64,000 nucleotides of DNA from assembly GCA_964035545.1 (NCBI GenBank), contig OZ037767.1, forward strand, positions 29,342,628-29,406,627. Direction: 5' to 3'. The position numbers and the translations under genes were made by a program. This document shows, one piece after another, positions 53,201 through 64,000 of the stretch; the first letter of the stretch is position 1; each line of letters opens with the position of its first letter. The notes beneath the pieces are model-generated. The model was not told the origin of the DNA. It worked only from the letters and a program-made list of their open reading frames with translations, and ran no database searches. The DNA is from Bugula neritina. Taxonomy: Eukaryota; Animalia; Bryozoa.

Positions 53201-56200
53201 TTCTGATCTATTATTCTTTTTCTGGGCACGTCAGTCTATTAGTTATTAATAAAATAATCAGGTTGCATTTGGAGAGCACTTGTTACCTGCCTCTATCCTT
53301 CCATCTTTTTGAGATCTTCAGCAATTTTTCTGTACAGTTTGGACTTGGTGCATGTCAGAACAAACCTAACTGCAGTTGAGTAAGACTACATTTAAAATTA
53401 CAGTCAACAATTAGGTATGGGACAATACTGAATATTTATATAGTTTGCAGCAATGCCCAGTCGTCATGTAGCTGGTATGGTATGAAAATAATAGTGAGGT
53501 GTACATTTCAACACAGATTTTTTCAGAAGAATTATAATTCACAATGGCTTTAAATTGCATAAATTTGCATCAGAAGAGCTCTGAGAGCTTTGGCGGCCGG
53601 GGCGCTGCCCCGGACCCCGCCAGGGGGCCTGGGCGGCCCCCTGGACCCCCGGCCTGAGAGTATGGCCTAGAATATTTTTGCCACTACATCCCTGGATGTA
53701 ATTACTAACATGGATGGTACTAAGATCACAATGCATGTAGAAGCACTCCGATTAGGAATATTCTTCAAATCTCTCATCAGGAAATCTAAGTACACCTGTC
53801 AAAGTAACACACTAAATGGGAAGCCATCATAATGTTCATATTTATAATGATTTTTAACTGTCCAAGACTTTAGCCAACACTAACTGGCTTGCAACTGACT
53901 GAGTCTGGTCCTAGAGTTGTCTGAAATTCTGCGATCTATGAACCGTCTGCTAATAAAGTGCTGGTATATCTCTATATGCTAGTAGTATATTTCAGTTTGT
54001 ACTGGCCACCGTATTCTATTATAATATACTTTATTATACAGTTACTTGTAGTACTAACTGTCTTTATTATCTATTTTGTGTGTTTTTAAAATTTGCTTCA
54101 AAGTGATCCAATTATAGGATAAGTTAAAACGTGGTAAGACTTAAAATAGCATTTCCTGGAAAACCTTTTTCACTCCTAAAACTTTGTGGTATAGAAAATT
54201 TTATAAATATATTACATACTAAAACTATAGCCGTGAGCTTAGCATGGGGTTGACTGACATTGTGACTATCAGTAGGTTATGCAATGTTTAGGAATGCTCT
54301 TGCAATATTTAGTAATAACACAAGGATATTGCTGCCGGAGTTGCTGCCAAGCGTTGACTATCACCACATCTCTGCCTCGCCCTCTCTGGCTAACAGATTA
54401 TCTGACTAACTACTCTGAGTTAATCTATTTACCAGTCTTCTGATTCCACATCGCACCCCATCTGTTGGCTTGTCACTTTTTGGCAATAGTTTTATCAAAA
54501 TGTCATGTGGCAAAAAGATTAGTCCTATTTCGACATTAGCTGGCCTGGTTTGGAGGAAAGTTTACATAAATAGTGTTTGATCAGCTAGTCATAAATGTAT
54601 CATGTTATCATCAACTACCTCATCTATTGTTCCATTTACACTAGCTAATTATGTCGAATACTGTTTATTTTCTTGTATTGTGCAAATACTAGTTTGCCAG
54701 AAGACTAGAATTTTATTGAGTGAGATACACATAAAATAATTGTGCTCTTTGATCTATCTGTAACAAAGGTCAATTGCTGTTGCTGACGCACTGAGATGCA
54801 AATAGAAGCAGTAGCATCAAGTAACTGCTAGCTGCCTTCTGAGTATCTCATAAAGACTGAGTGAGATATACGCCAGCTAACTCCTTTAGTAAAAAGAAAT
54901 AGTAGATTCAGTTCATAGTGAGATTCAGTGAGCAATATCTACTGAACTTCTTCATCATTGAACCAAAACCTTCTGACCTCTTATGTAGTCTGATCCATAC
55001 TGATACAGTGCTGGTGGAAATTAAGTTATCACCAGCAGCCGCTGCTGTTTCTAAGTTTGAAGCACCCGAAAATCATAATTAGATGATCCTCTTCAATTGC
55101 ACTGGAGCAGGAAATTGGGTGAAAGCCTGCAGCTAATAATCTGGGATATTCCCACCAACACGGCCAACAAAGAGTGTATACTTGTAAAGTATATGTATGG
55201 TCTTTGTGTTGTAGGGCACGAGCAGCCCTTTGCAATCCAGCTCAGCCACCAGAGAGATGATGAGGACCTAGATTCCAGCCTCAAATGCCAATTCATTTTG
55301 AGAGAAAATAAAAAACAAGTCAAAACAGGTAAGAATAATTATTATTGGGTTTTCTTTTCTTAGTAGCTTACAAAGATGGAGCTTATGCAATATTTTCATT
55401 GTCTGGGTGAAATAACATGAAATGGCTGCATGCATCAAGCGTAATCCCAGTTTCGGCTGCCAAAGTTGATTATTCTCAAAATAACTACAGATAAACGTGT
55501 TGGTAGGCAGCTGTAGTGTCCCATGTGGTGTCACATATATATGACTATAGATCATGTAGCGTCACATGTATGTCACATGTGTGTCACTGTAAAGCACACT
55601 AGCAGCTGTAGCGTCAGTAAACAGAAATCATTGAAGTTTAAAATCTAACATATGGACTTAATTTACAAAAGCATTCTTACGCTATGATTGCATTTATTTG
55701 GATCAAGTTGGCTAGCCTATATTTCTATACCAAGTTAATACAAAACATAAGGCTACATAATTAGCTGCGACTTAATTTAATAAAGTTTCTCTAGTCTGTC
55801 TTATTCAACTGAACAAAGTAGGTTGAGATATGTAAGTGCATAACACTGAATGTATTTACTGGTGTAATACACGACCCATGTGTTGCAAGTACAGTTGAGA
55901 GCTACTAAATTATTATAACTAATCATGTGACAGTGTAGTAGACTAGTAGTATACGGATGCATGATATGCAGAATGATCATATTACAAAAATTATATAATG
56001 TAAGGTATAGTTTTATATTCTGTAATGATAATGTAATACACGTAGTTCATCTCTTGCTATTGCTACTATTATAATGCTATCAAACTCATTAAAAACCAGA
56101 CTAAAAATGTTATCAATTTTTGGGGCAATAAAGCAAAAGAGTGTTTGTTTTACCATAATTTAAGGAGCATAGCATCTCTACCAGAATACTGAATTTTTTA

Positions 56201-59200
56201 AAACATTGAAAAAGCAGCGAGAAGATTGAACTTGGAAAAGTTGATTATGTAGTGAAGTGGCGGAATAGGATGAATTAGAGTATTTTGTGTGGGCCATGTA
56301 TGTGTTGTAACACCATTTATTCACGAATAATGGTTAGATGAGCTTCATTGCCAGCAATTACTCATCGAATCCAAAGATTCATTAAAGGATATATATTCCT
56401 GAGATTACTAAGTTAGCATCCACTGCATTGGTCCGGCTTTGAGGGAAAGACAACCCTGGGTATTGTGACTAATTTAAACAAACTCAGCCAAAACATCTGA
56501 CTCATTGGCACATTTCCAAACAGGTTTTAATTATATATTTTACTTTCAAAGTGCCTAAATTTATTATTTGATAAAAATCAGACTGAAAATGGTTTACTAG
56601 TTTGCTACTAGTCTAAATGAATAATGTGCACGAATTCTAACATAAAGCTTAATTTACAGATTTGAAATGCCTTGCATACTTGTAAGCTTAGAGTTTTGTT
56701 TAGTGTAGAAAGGTGAGGAAACTGTGACTTAGTTATTGTATGTTCAGTTGGAATATGATAATATGCCACAGTTGAGTAAGGGGGTGAAAAAAGAGGGCTT
56801 CAACTATTAGTAAAGTGAAAAAGAGAAACTTTCTCATGAAAGTAGTTATGATATAAATTAATGATAATTTAATTTACTTATTGCAACAATAATTACTAGC
56901 AAAACTACATCTGATTATATCTAATAACAATGCAATGTCTCAATTATTTTCAAATTCTGGCATATTTCATTTAGTGTAATGTAATATGTGCCTGGCAGTT
57001 TTATGTTACCAGCCAATTATTTTTCAAGTTGAGTTGATCAGTGCAAGGCCTGGCAGCCCTACATCTGCATAGCTTACAGTGCAGAGTTATTAAACCTGGG
57101 TTGTGGTTATGTTTTATTATTGATTTTTTTTCAGATCGAAAACCACAAAAGTCAGGAAAAAAGAAGAAGTTGCCCTTATCTAACATTTTCAGAAAAGCAT
57201 CAGGCAAACTGCCTCTTTCTCCCAGATCAACCTCAATATGCGAAGGAAAGCTAGTTGGACACCCACTGGATGAGATATGTGACCCAGATATCCCCACACC
57301 GTTGATGGTAAACTCATTGTATTCTCATTTAAATTGCTGCCTGTGAAAGTTGAGGTATGCTGACAGAAGGTTAGCAAAGGGTGGAGGGTTCAGCTACCTT
57401 TTTTGTGGCGAACATTTGGTTACGTGATTTGCTCATTGTGATCTTAAATGATTAAAAATAGAATGCTGCATGTCACTTGGTTTAGAAATAGGTCAGTGTT
57501 GATTTGATTTAAAAATATGTCAGTTTTTTTATTTGATTTTAAAAATAGGTCAGTTTTTGATGAGATTTAAAAATAAGTCAGTTTGTTATTTGAATGCCTA
57601 GTTTAGTCACTAATTGATTTATTGTCTTATTGATACATTGAACTCTGAACTCCATGATTGTTTTTATTTAGTTGAGTTGCTATCCCTGGGCACTTCAATC
57701 ATTTGCTAATTTATCAGCTAAAACAGTTATCAATTACTTTACAATTAGGTATAAATGTGGTTAAGGTTATAGCAACTCTTAGATACCAATCTTTCGGACA
57801 TCTGCAGAGATTGTCATGTTTTGAGGTGTGATAAATCTTAACTGCACTATTGTTGTGGGTTAGCTAGTAAAGAAAGTGATAAATTGCATATTTGCTTTTC
57901 AGACTTTCAAGACTGTTTTTCCAGGACTAATGGAATCACGTTTCTAGTACACTTTTCATTAATCAACCATTACAATTCCATTTAGTTTCCATTGGTTAAC
58001 TTTCTTGTATTGTTAAGTGTTTGGTGAATACTAATGCTACTGTATAAATTATATATTAATCATTATTGCATATTTTGCTTGAATATTTCAGGAACTGTTG
58101 GAGACTCTCTACAACTGTGGTCCTTTCACAACGGAAATATTTAGGAAACCTGCAAACGCAAAACGATGTCAAGATATGGTCAACCGAATGAACTCGAGTG
58201 AACCAGAAGGCTGGTGCAATGGATGCCATAATGGTATCCTCCTAGCCTCTGTGCTAAAGGTTCGTGAAGATTCCTCTCAGCATATTTTTCTCAAATTATA
58301 ATCATTAGATGCGGATTATATGCCTTTTTGAAGCTTAGTCAAACAGATGACAACTCTGTACTCACACCTATTCTTAGCTGCGTTGCATATTGACGATCGT
58401 CTTTTGGGCGTATTGACTCCCAAAGATATAATTTAGGAAATGCCATTAATTTCGTTTTTCCGAGATTTCTTCAGGTGTGTACCGGATCTAAGCGGAATTA
58501 AATCCTTATAGTAGTTACTAGTGGAGTAAATGTGAATGAAAAGATTATGCAAAGTGCTTTCCTACAGGTTCCAACATTGACGATAAATTAATGCATGAGC
58601 TAATGGCCTTTGGGCCAGTGCATAGTCCTATTGTAATATTTTGCATACATTTCATCGATGCACAATATTGGGAAAAGATTGAATTATATAATGAAGTCAG
58701 TCGATAATTTATTCAATTGTGTAACTCAGAAATTGTTGTCTAGAAATCAATGATGCTATTAATTATCTTACACACATCGCCAACAATAAATTGTGAAAGA
58801 CGCTCAATCAAAATAAATCTGTCTTATTTTTATGGAATATTGAAAAACTTGTCAATAATTTACTACAATCAATTGTTGTATTGAATACTCCTTGCATCAA
58901 CGACTTTTTGCCATGCTCCAATTTTTATGTAATAATCTTTCTGTATTACATGATTAATAATCAATGTTGAGTGCTCCTCATGACCTTAATAGCCAGAAAT
59001 GTTCAGTTGTTTGTTGCGGAGGGGGTCTTTTGACCCTTGGCATTTTAAATGAAGAATGTGGCGGGCGCCAACATGCTATTAGAAGTCAAATTATAAAAGA
59101 TTACTCATAAATTTACATACAATGGCTAAAGTTCGGAAGCTGGAGTTTCATTTGCATTATATTAAAAGTGCAAATTTTCACCTATTTTCGTGGTAATGAG

Positions 59201-61879
59201 TTGATAGAGTTATAATTTTGAGTTCATTTGTAGACATATTTGAGAGAGTTACCAGGAAAGCTATGTTGCTCTGAGTACTACGGTCTGTGGTCAGATGCCA
59301 TTTATCTTTCAAATCATGAAGACAGAAAAAGCAGCATCACCAAGTGAGTTTAGCACCATGACTTTCACATATTACAGTTTTTATACTTAGAATGTTTAGC
59401 CTCCTCCATGACTCACAAAGTAGTACTAACATTTTAATAAATATTCAAGGAATGGATTTATATTTTATAGTTGACAGCTGAAAATTTATGTTGATAGGTT
59501 TCATTTAACTGGGCTTCACTTTTTGGCCAGTAAACGAAGCATTGTCCCATAACTGCAAATATTAGTCCCTCCATTGACGCAAATCAAAACACAATTTGTT
59601 TTGCAATCACCTATACATGACATTTTATTAATACCTCTACAAAGTCAACTATTTGGTGCCATCATTTTAAAATTTTTCCTTATGATTGATAGATGTCAAG
59701 CTAATAATATATATGAAAGCAATTCGCCATACCATACTGTAGATATTTTAATTTCAATTCGCTTCTGGAATTTTTACAGAATTGTGGAAACTCTACCGAG
59801 AGGAAATCAGCTAGTGCTGCGACACATCATCTGTATACTCCATTACATACAAGACAACTCTGAATACAACTACATGACATCGTCCAACCTCGCAGTGTGC
59901 CTTGGTCCTAGTCTTCTAGCCAATGAATCATTGGAAAAGTCGGAGCAAGAAGCTTCCTTAAAGACAGTACCACAGATTGTACAGTATCTAATAGACAACT
60001 GTCAATCGGTGTTTGGCAAAGACATATTAGACACTTTTGGTCATCTTCCAATAGAACCAGTTGACAGTGACACAGAGGAGGTTTCTGCTAACAGCAGACT
60101 ACTCACCATATACAATGACTCACTCGAGTCTCTCTCGGACACTGAAGGCGAGTCCAGAAAAGCAGGCACTCTTACGCAGATGAGTCCTTCATCCTGTTCG
60201 CGCGACTCTGGTCTAATACTCAGTGATCCCCACGAAGGAGAGCATTCGGATGAGCACTCACTTCGACAAGAGATAATCAAATCCAAGTCTTGCGACTCCA
60301 TCAGTCAGCCGGAGCAGAGAAGCATAGGTGTCAGAATGGCACCACTTCAGACACAAGTGTCGAGTGACTCACTAGATTGTGATGATGAGTTCGGAGAACT
60401 CGGTAATGACTGTACCTTCTTGTTGACCAAGTCTAAAAGTGGAGGGCATTTGTGTTTTGACCGAAATGTTGAAAAGTCCTCTGTCAGGATACCCAGTGAA
60501 AGACATGCTAATTCCTATCCTATAAATTCAACCTTTAATAAGTTGCAAGAAGTGGAGTATTCAAGTAGCGACTCTGAAGACAAACCGTCTGCAAGGTTAG
60601 TGTCAAGTTAGACTTGAACTCATTTATAGAAGTTAGCAAATTCTTAGTACTGAAACAATTATTTCGGTTAAGCAGCTAAGATTATGTTTAAAATGAAATT
60701 TGGTCGTTAAAATTTTTTCTACATTATAAATGCATTCAAAGTACTTTTACCTTACTTACAAAACAGTGAGTTGAAGTTGTCACATCTTTGCATGATTTAT
60801 GGAGTCATTGTTGATTGATGCCTATATTCATGTTTATTCACAACAATTATTTGAGTTTGTTTATGAAAATACTGGTTATATGTTTTAGCAATGAGAAGAC
60901 GCAGTGGTTGAATACAGAGTTACAAAAGTCAAGTACAAATTCTTCCTTGCAACAAGGCTCAAGTTCGAGTGACGATATTCACGGACAAGAGTTTGTTACC
61001 CACAGACACATCAACTCACCAAAATTCTTCGAGTCAGAAAATGGTCACCATCCTCGAGATTTTCTTCAACAGTTCACCAACAAGATTGAGAGTGAAGAAT
61101 TGCAAAAGAAAAAGTTGCGAGAGTTGGTCAGACAAAAAACAGAACCGCTACTAAATACGGACACAGACGATGACGATGTCTTGCGATCTGCTAAATCATC
61201 CTCAACATCTAAAAACTTTTCAGGACGCCATCTTAAACACAGTAGCAGCACTAGTAAGGCGTCGCCGAAGATAATGCGAACCAACACTTACGGCGGCCGA
61301 GGTGATCGCCGCCAGCGAGCTCCAGATGTCAGCATGCTTCCAAATATGGCCGAGACGAAACCCATAATGCCTCAGCAGTATAGACCAAATCGTCCGCCAC
61401 CATATCGCGAGGCCTTGGAAAGGAAAGAGAAAATGAAATGCAATGTGTCTGAGATGGAAAAGATAAAGCAGACAGTCAACAGTGCAAGGGCGAAGCAAAT
61501 GTATGCCCAGTCAGTGCATCTATTTGAGCAGGGGGCTAAAGCCTCCACTACTAGTTCCAGTGCCTCTCATGCAGCTGATGTTACAGACTCCAAGCTATCC
61601 CAAGCAAGTCTGTACAATAACAATAACACTATTGGAGTTGTCAACACACAAGACACTAAATTTATCTTCAAGCGTTCAGCGAAACCAGTGAATGTCGATT
61701 CAACCAGCCGAACAATATTCTATCAGCCAAACAGTTCACACCGAATAGCAGGGCATCCCAAAAGTTCCGGCAACTTATTCTACAGACCTACACAACCTCC
61801 ACCATACAAGGAAGCCGTGAAAATTAGGAATAACAAACCAGATCTGATCGATCGCCTAGGTGGAGAATCGCTTGTATAG
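23195..61879 (+). CDS. ARHGAP20: ARHGAP20/TAGAP-family Rho GTPase-activating protein (PH-RA-RhoGAP), with many predicted alternative first exons
   Basis: Constant exons, all phase-consistent: 42995-43323, 43665-43856 (PH: QRYIFLFNDLLFIAK..KSFVIGWPTTNYIATFS..RW), 44651-44813, 45591-45660 (RA: YRLWV..YPLFG), 55215-55328 (HEQPFAI..KCQFIL), 57135-57307, 58092-58259 (GPFTTEIFRK arginine finger; LASVLK), 59234-59343 (YLRELP), 59780-60595 (LPRGN..NYMTSSNLAVCLGPSLL), 60889-61879 (ends ESLV*). Confidence 0.9.
26376..26719. mobile_element. PIF/Harbinger-like MITE, copy 1
   Basis: ~70-bp TIRs beginning GCCTAGGGCCACAC; TTA on both flanks (26373-75, 26720-22); near-identical inverted copy at 52734-53077. 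Confidence 0.9.
28619..29690 (+). CDS. RhoGAP variable N-terminus A2, two exons (28619-28679 and 28801-29690), ~317 aa, Ser/Lys-rich, ends phase 0
   Basis: caaaATG MSELITEEEMVNKIKFPTGR-G|GTAAGT (phase 1); TTGCAG| acceptor in frame with the 285-aa ORF 28884..29741; GAG|GTGAGT donor at 29690. Confidence 0.8.
30749..30823 (+). CDS. RhoGAP variable first exon A3 (MKQDHRPNNLLRTYRKWKSAGAVHS), phase 0
   Basis: aacATG, 25 open codons, TCG|GTAAGG donor. Confidence 0.6.
31358..31618 (+). CDS. RhoGAP variable first exon A4 (MSQTPKTPRNKK..SYSPLPG), phase 0
   Basis: ataATG, 87 codons with protein-like composition, GGG|GTGAGT donor. Confidence 0.75.
33998..34212. repeat. Degenerate (GTGTA)n pentanucleotide microsatellite
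   Basis: Directly visible; explains ORF 33999..34274. Confidence 0.9.
35582..35662 (+). CDS. RhoGAP internal symmetric exon (VQRLELSDVAAGISKLSHAESDEQLNQ), phase 0-0
   Basis: T-rich tract + GACAG| acceptor, 81 nt open, CAG|GTGGGT donor; GC-richer than the flanks. Confidence 0.7.
37423..37506 (+). CDS. RhoGAP variable first exon A5 (MMSDKPAAAARFAANRQVSDSALLDHKK), phase 0
   Basis: ATGATG start, 28 open codons, AAG|GTAAGA donor. Confidence 0.7.
39775..39852 (+). CDS. RhoGAP variable first exon A6 (MEDNMSASKPNKPPRLHGRSVSLVEK), phase 0
   Basis: 26 codons then AAG|GTAAGA donor. Confidence 0.75.
47113..47341 (+). CDS. RhoGAP internal variable first exon B1 (MSRKTGRFRF..RGRSVPLS-G), phase 1
   Basis: acaATG, 76 codons + G|GTAAAC; phase matches the acceptor at 55215. 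Confidence 0.7.
49816..50017 (+). CDS. RhoGAP internal variable first exon B2 (MDSNWDPDWD..RRLREKE-G), phase 1
   Basis: aaaATGG, 67 codons + G|GTAGGC. Confidence 0.7.
51095..51308 (+). CDS. RhoGAP internal variable first exon B3 (MMQNKSRSSR..PPVVGRN-G), phase 1
   Basis: 71 codons + G|GTAAGT. Confidence 0.7.
51585..53694. mobile_element. Non-autonomous hAT-type DNA transposon, 2.1 kb, carrying a nested MITE
   Basis: Perfect 14-bp TIRs CAGGGATGTAGTGG / CCACTACATCCCTG; perfect 8-bp TSD GATGTAAT (51577-84, 53695-702); subterminal CCATACG/CGTATGG repeats; GC-rich patch at 53592-53654. Confidence 0.93.
52734..53077. mobile_element. PIF/Harbinger-like MITE, copy 2 (inverted relative to copy 1)
   Basis: Same ~70-bp TIRs; interior is the reverse complement of 26376-26719 with scattered substitutions; flanks AAA/TAA. 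Confidence 0.9.
57483..57592. repeat. ~28-30-bp degenerate tandem repeat x4
   Basis: Unit approximately TTTAAAAATAGGTCAGTTTTTGATTTGAT. Confidence 0.8.
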
Positions 61880-62452
61880 CATGCCACATGCGGTTGTAAT
61901 ATTTCTGTATTTATCATAATGCTACTCTTGTGATCAAAATTAACTTTCTGTATATAGTATCACTTAAGTTGTGGGCGGAAAGCTCAAATACAAATATGTT
62001 CAGTGAAGATCAACAATATTTCAAGTTGTATTCAAGGTGCTACAGTTTATTTATAAATATTTTTTGCAATTATTTCTCTGTAATTTATACTATTTGCCAT
62101 AACAGGCCATAATTTATATTACATCATTTTTATTAACATGTTATCTACTAAGTTCATATTTAATCTGAAATACATTATTGTCTCCATTACTTATATTTCA
62201 TTTGTTTAAAATATTAGCTAGTCAACAAAAGTTATGGCTATGCCATCATTTTTACACCAAGAGTGAGAAATTTAACATTGCAAAAAAACAGGCTGTGGCA
62301 ATAAATATTTTTACACAACAACATATATAAAATGCAAAGCTCGGTTCAATGTGATATTGTACGAGAGCGCACAACTTCAATGTCATCAGAGATGGATTTT
62401 AGCCATCAGTCACCATAGATTTAAAGAAGCAAAGAATGCCAAACAGAATATT

Positions 62453-63862
62453 TTATTCAAACAGAGCAGCCTACAAGTAGAAAAGGATGGGGAAAGGAAT
62501 AAAAACAAATAATCCTTTGGCTATATTAATAAGAAATTACACGACCAATATACCTTTACAGGAGTTGTCTTCTTTCAAACTAATATTGGACCTTGTCACA
62601 AACAAGTGAAGGGTACTTTATAATGTGCATCATAACTAATTTCTAAATTCACATGAAGTAGAGCTTGAATGACTCAATGAAACACAAAAAATATTTTTTG
62701 CAAGAGGACACAATTGCTTCGCTTGCATTCAATTGGCTGCCACCGCACACGAGTACAGCAGAGCAACACAAGTTCCTTTTTGCATGCATTTAGTAAAACC
62801 TGACAATCAGCTCTATTTTCCCCAACAGTTCATCAACTAATTTATTGATGGTGTTTCATGGTAAAAAATAAACAAATCTTGATTGTTCAGTAAAGAAATT
62901 AACGGAATTTTGATCAGCTTTTAGTTCTTTAGACAATTAGTTTGTCCAATTTAAAAATTGTTGATCAGGTTGTCCAATTAAATTAATTAATTAATTAATT
63001 CAGTAGAAACATAAAGACCATAATCAGATAATAGTGTCAGTCACACAACTGTCACACTGAGTTCTGATAACACCGATCATATCAAATATGGCAACCAATA
63101 TGCATAATTTGACAGTAAACAATGTTGTTTAGACTAAAGAAATATGAATATTACTTTTAGCTCATCCAAGCGTTGGTAACCTGCTTTTTCTAGATCTAAC
63201 ATTTTCTGGTAACGGGCCTCATCTGCCTTTGCCTCCTCTTTAATGACCCTCTTTCTGTTTTTTAATTTGTCAATTTCCTCCAGCAACTTGCCTTGTGTTT
63301 CAGTCTCATCTCCCAAAACACTACATTGTACAAACTAGAGATCTTAAAAACACCTCAAAACACATACTTATGCTCTGTGTATACGTGCAATTCATACATT
63401 TACACATTTCCCGTCAAATATAACCAGTTTCAACTTAAATAGTTGCACAAATTTTTCACAAAGATCAGCTCTAGAAAATTTACTGAATATAATTCACAAG
63501 GTTTTATAACAACTTTTTAAACAAGAACTATCTTTCATTACTTCTAAATGTCAATTCCATGAAATAGTAAAACTCTAATGAAAACGGCCACTCTCCTACA
63601 CCAAGAGGAAAAGAGAAGCAAAAAAGGTAAAATAACTTCTAATTTTAAAAATTGCAAATAGTGCTAATAAAGTGCTCACATTTCCAGCTGTTCGTTATCT
63701 TTCATGATGTCCTTTTTTGTCATATTTTTGGCCATCATTTCAGACTGATGAGCTTCAATGTGATTCTCCATATCTCGCTGACAGGTTAATATCTCTGCCT
63801 GCACATCCTTCGTAGTTGCCAACAGAGACTGTATGGCCGCATCACAACTATTTTGCTCCTCT
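62453..63862 (-). CDS. 3' exons of an unidentified coiled-coil protein; 5' part lies right of the window
   Basis: Exon 63862-63680 (EEQNSCDAAIQSLLATTKDVQAEILTCQRDMENHIEAHQSEMMAKNMTKKDIMKDNEQLE, phase-2 AT|GTGAG) joins 63320-63155 (IVLGDETETQGKLLEEIDKLKNRKRVIKEEAK..RLDELK|GTAAT); tentative last exon 62470-62453 (AALFE*). Heptad-like E/K/L/Q composition. Confidence 0.75.
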
Positions 63863-64000
63863 CTGCAAGCAGATGCATTTAGATATTGTATTTATACGCC
63901 ACAACGCAAAATTCTCGACTATGTGTAATCGATGCTTAACTTATTAAAACATTGATGAAAACTTGATTGTTTTTAGCGCACAGATTTATCCGTTTTTAGC

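Noticed and set aside
28795-57145. Identical CAG|ATCGAAAA (D-R-K) exon starts at 28801 and 57135
   Set aside because: Only ~11 nt are shared with no further similarity; this is consistent with chance.
58380-59160. Possible transposon remnant in a RhoGAP intron (CpG-bearing, GGGGGTCTTTTGACCC motif)
   Set aside because: I could not identify paired TIRs or a TSD by eye.
60041-61691. Antisense and alternative-frame ORFs over the last two RhoGAP exons
   Set aside because: They are shadow ORFs of long Ser-rich coding exons.
62670-62800. Alternative last exon for the coiled-coil gene (VLLNACKKELV..FH*)
   Set aside because: It is phase-compatible, but I cannot choose between it and AALFE* without transcripts, so it is not called.
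1-64000. tRNA, rRNA, snoRNA genes or U12-type introns
   Set aside because: I recognised no cloverleaf, rRNA motif, convincing C/D or H/ACA box pair, or GTATCC/ATATCC donor at modelled junctions. An Infernal or tRNAscan run would be needed to exclude them.

Overview
AT-rich, intron-containing eukaryotic DNA, most likely an invertebrate animal; the species cannot be determined from the sequence alone. Four protein-coding loci are visible. (1) The 5' seven exons of PRPF4 (U4/U6 snRNP Prp4, minus strand, 13291->1520; the 3' end lies left of the window). (2) A divergent and possibly decaying cyclin-fold gene (plus strand, about 16.8-20.6 kb). (3) A ~39 kb ARHGAP20/TAGAP-family RhoGAP (PH-RA-RhoGAP, C-terminal ESLV). 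(4) The 3' end of an unidentified coiled-coil gene (minus strand, >62.4 kb). The main structural finding is in the RhoGAP, which appears to carry two phase-locked clusters of alternative ATG-bearing first exons. At least six end in phase 0 and match the phase-0 constant exons upstream of the PH domain. Three more, inside the RA-splitting intron, end in phase 1 and match the phase-1 acceptor at 55215, giving PH/RA-less GAP isoforms. A second theme is minisatellites sitting on splice sites, notably a six-fold in-frame tandem array of the PRPF4 exon-5 donor. Non-autonomous DNA transposons (hAT, Harbinger-like, Kolobok-like) with recognisable TIRs and TSDs are also present. All exon models were derived by eye from GT/AG sites, reading phase and remembered family motifs, and none is confirmed by transcripts.
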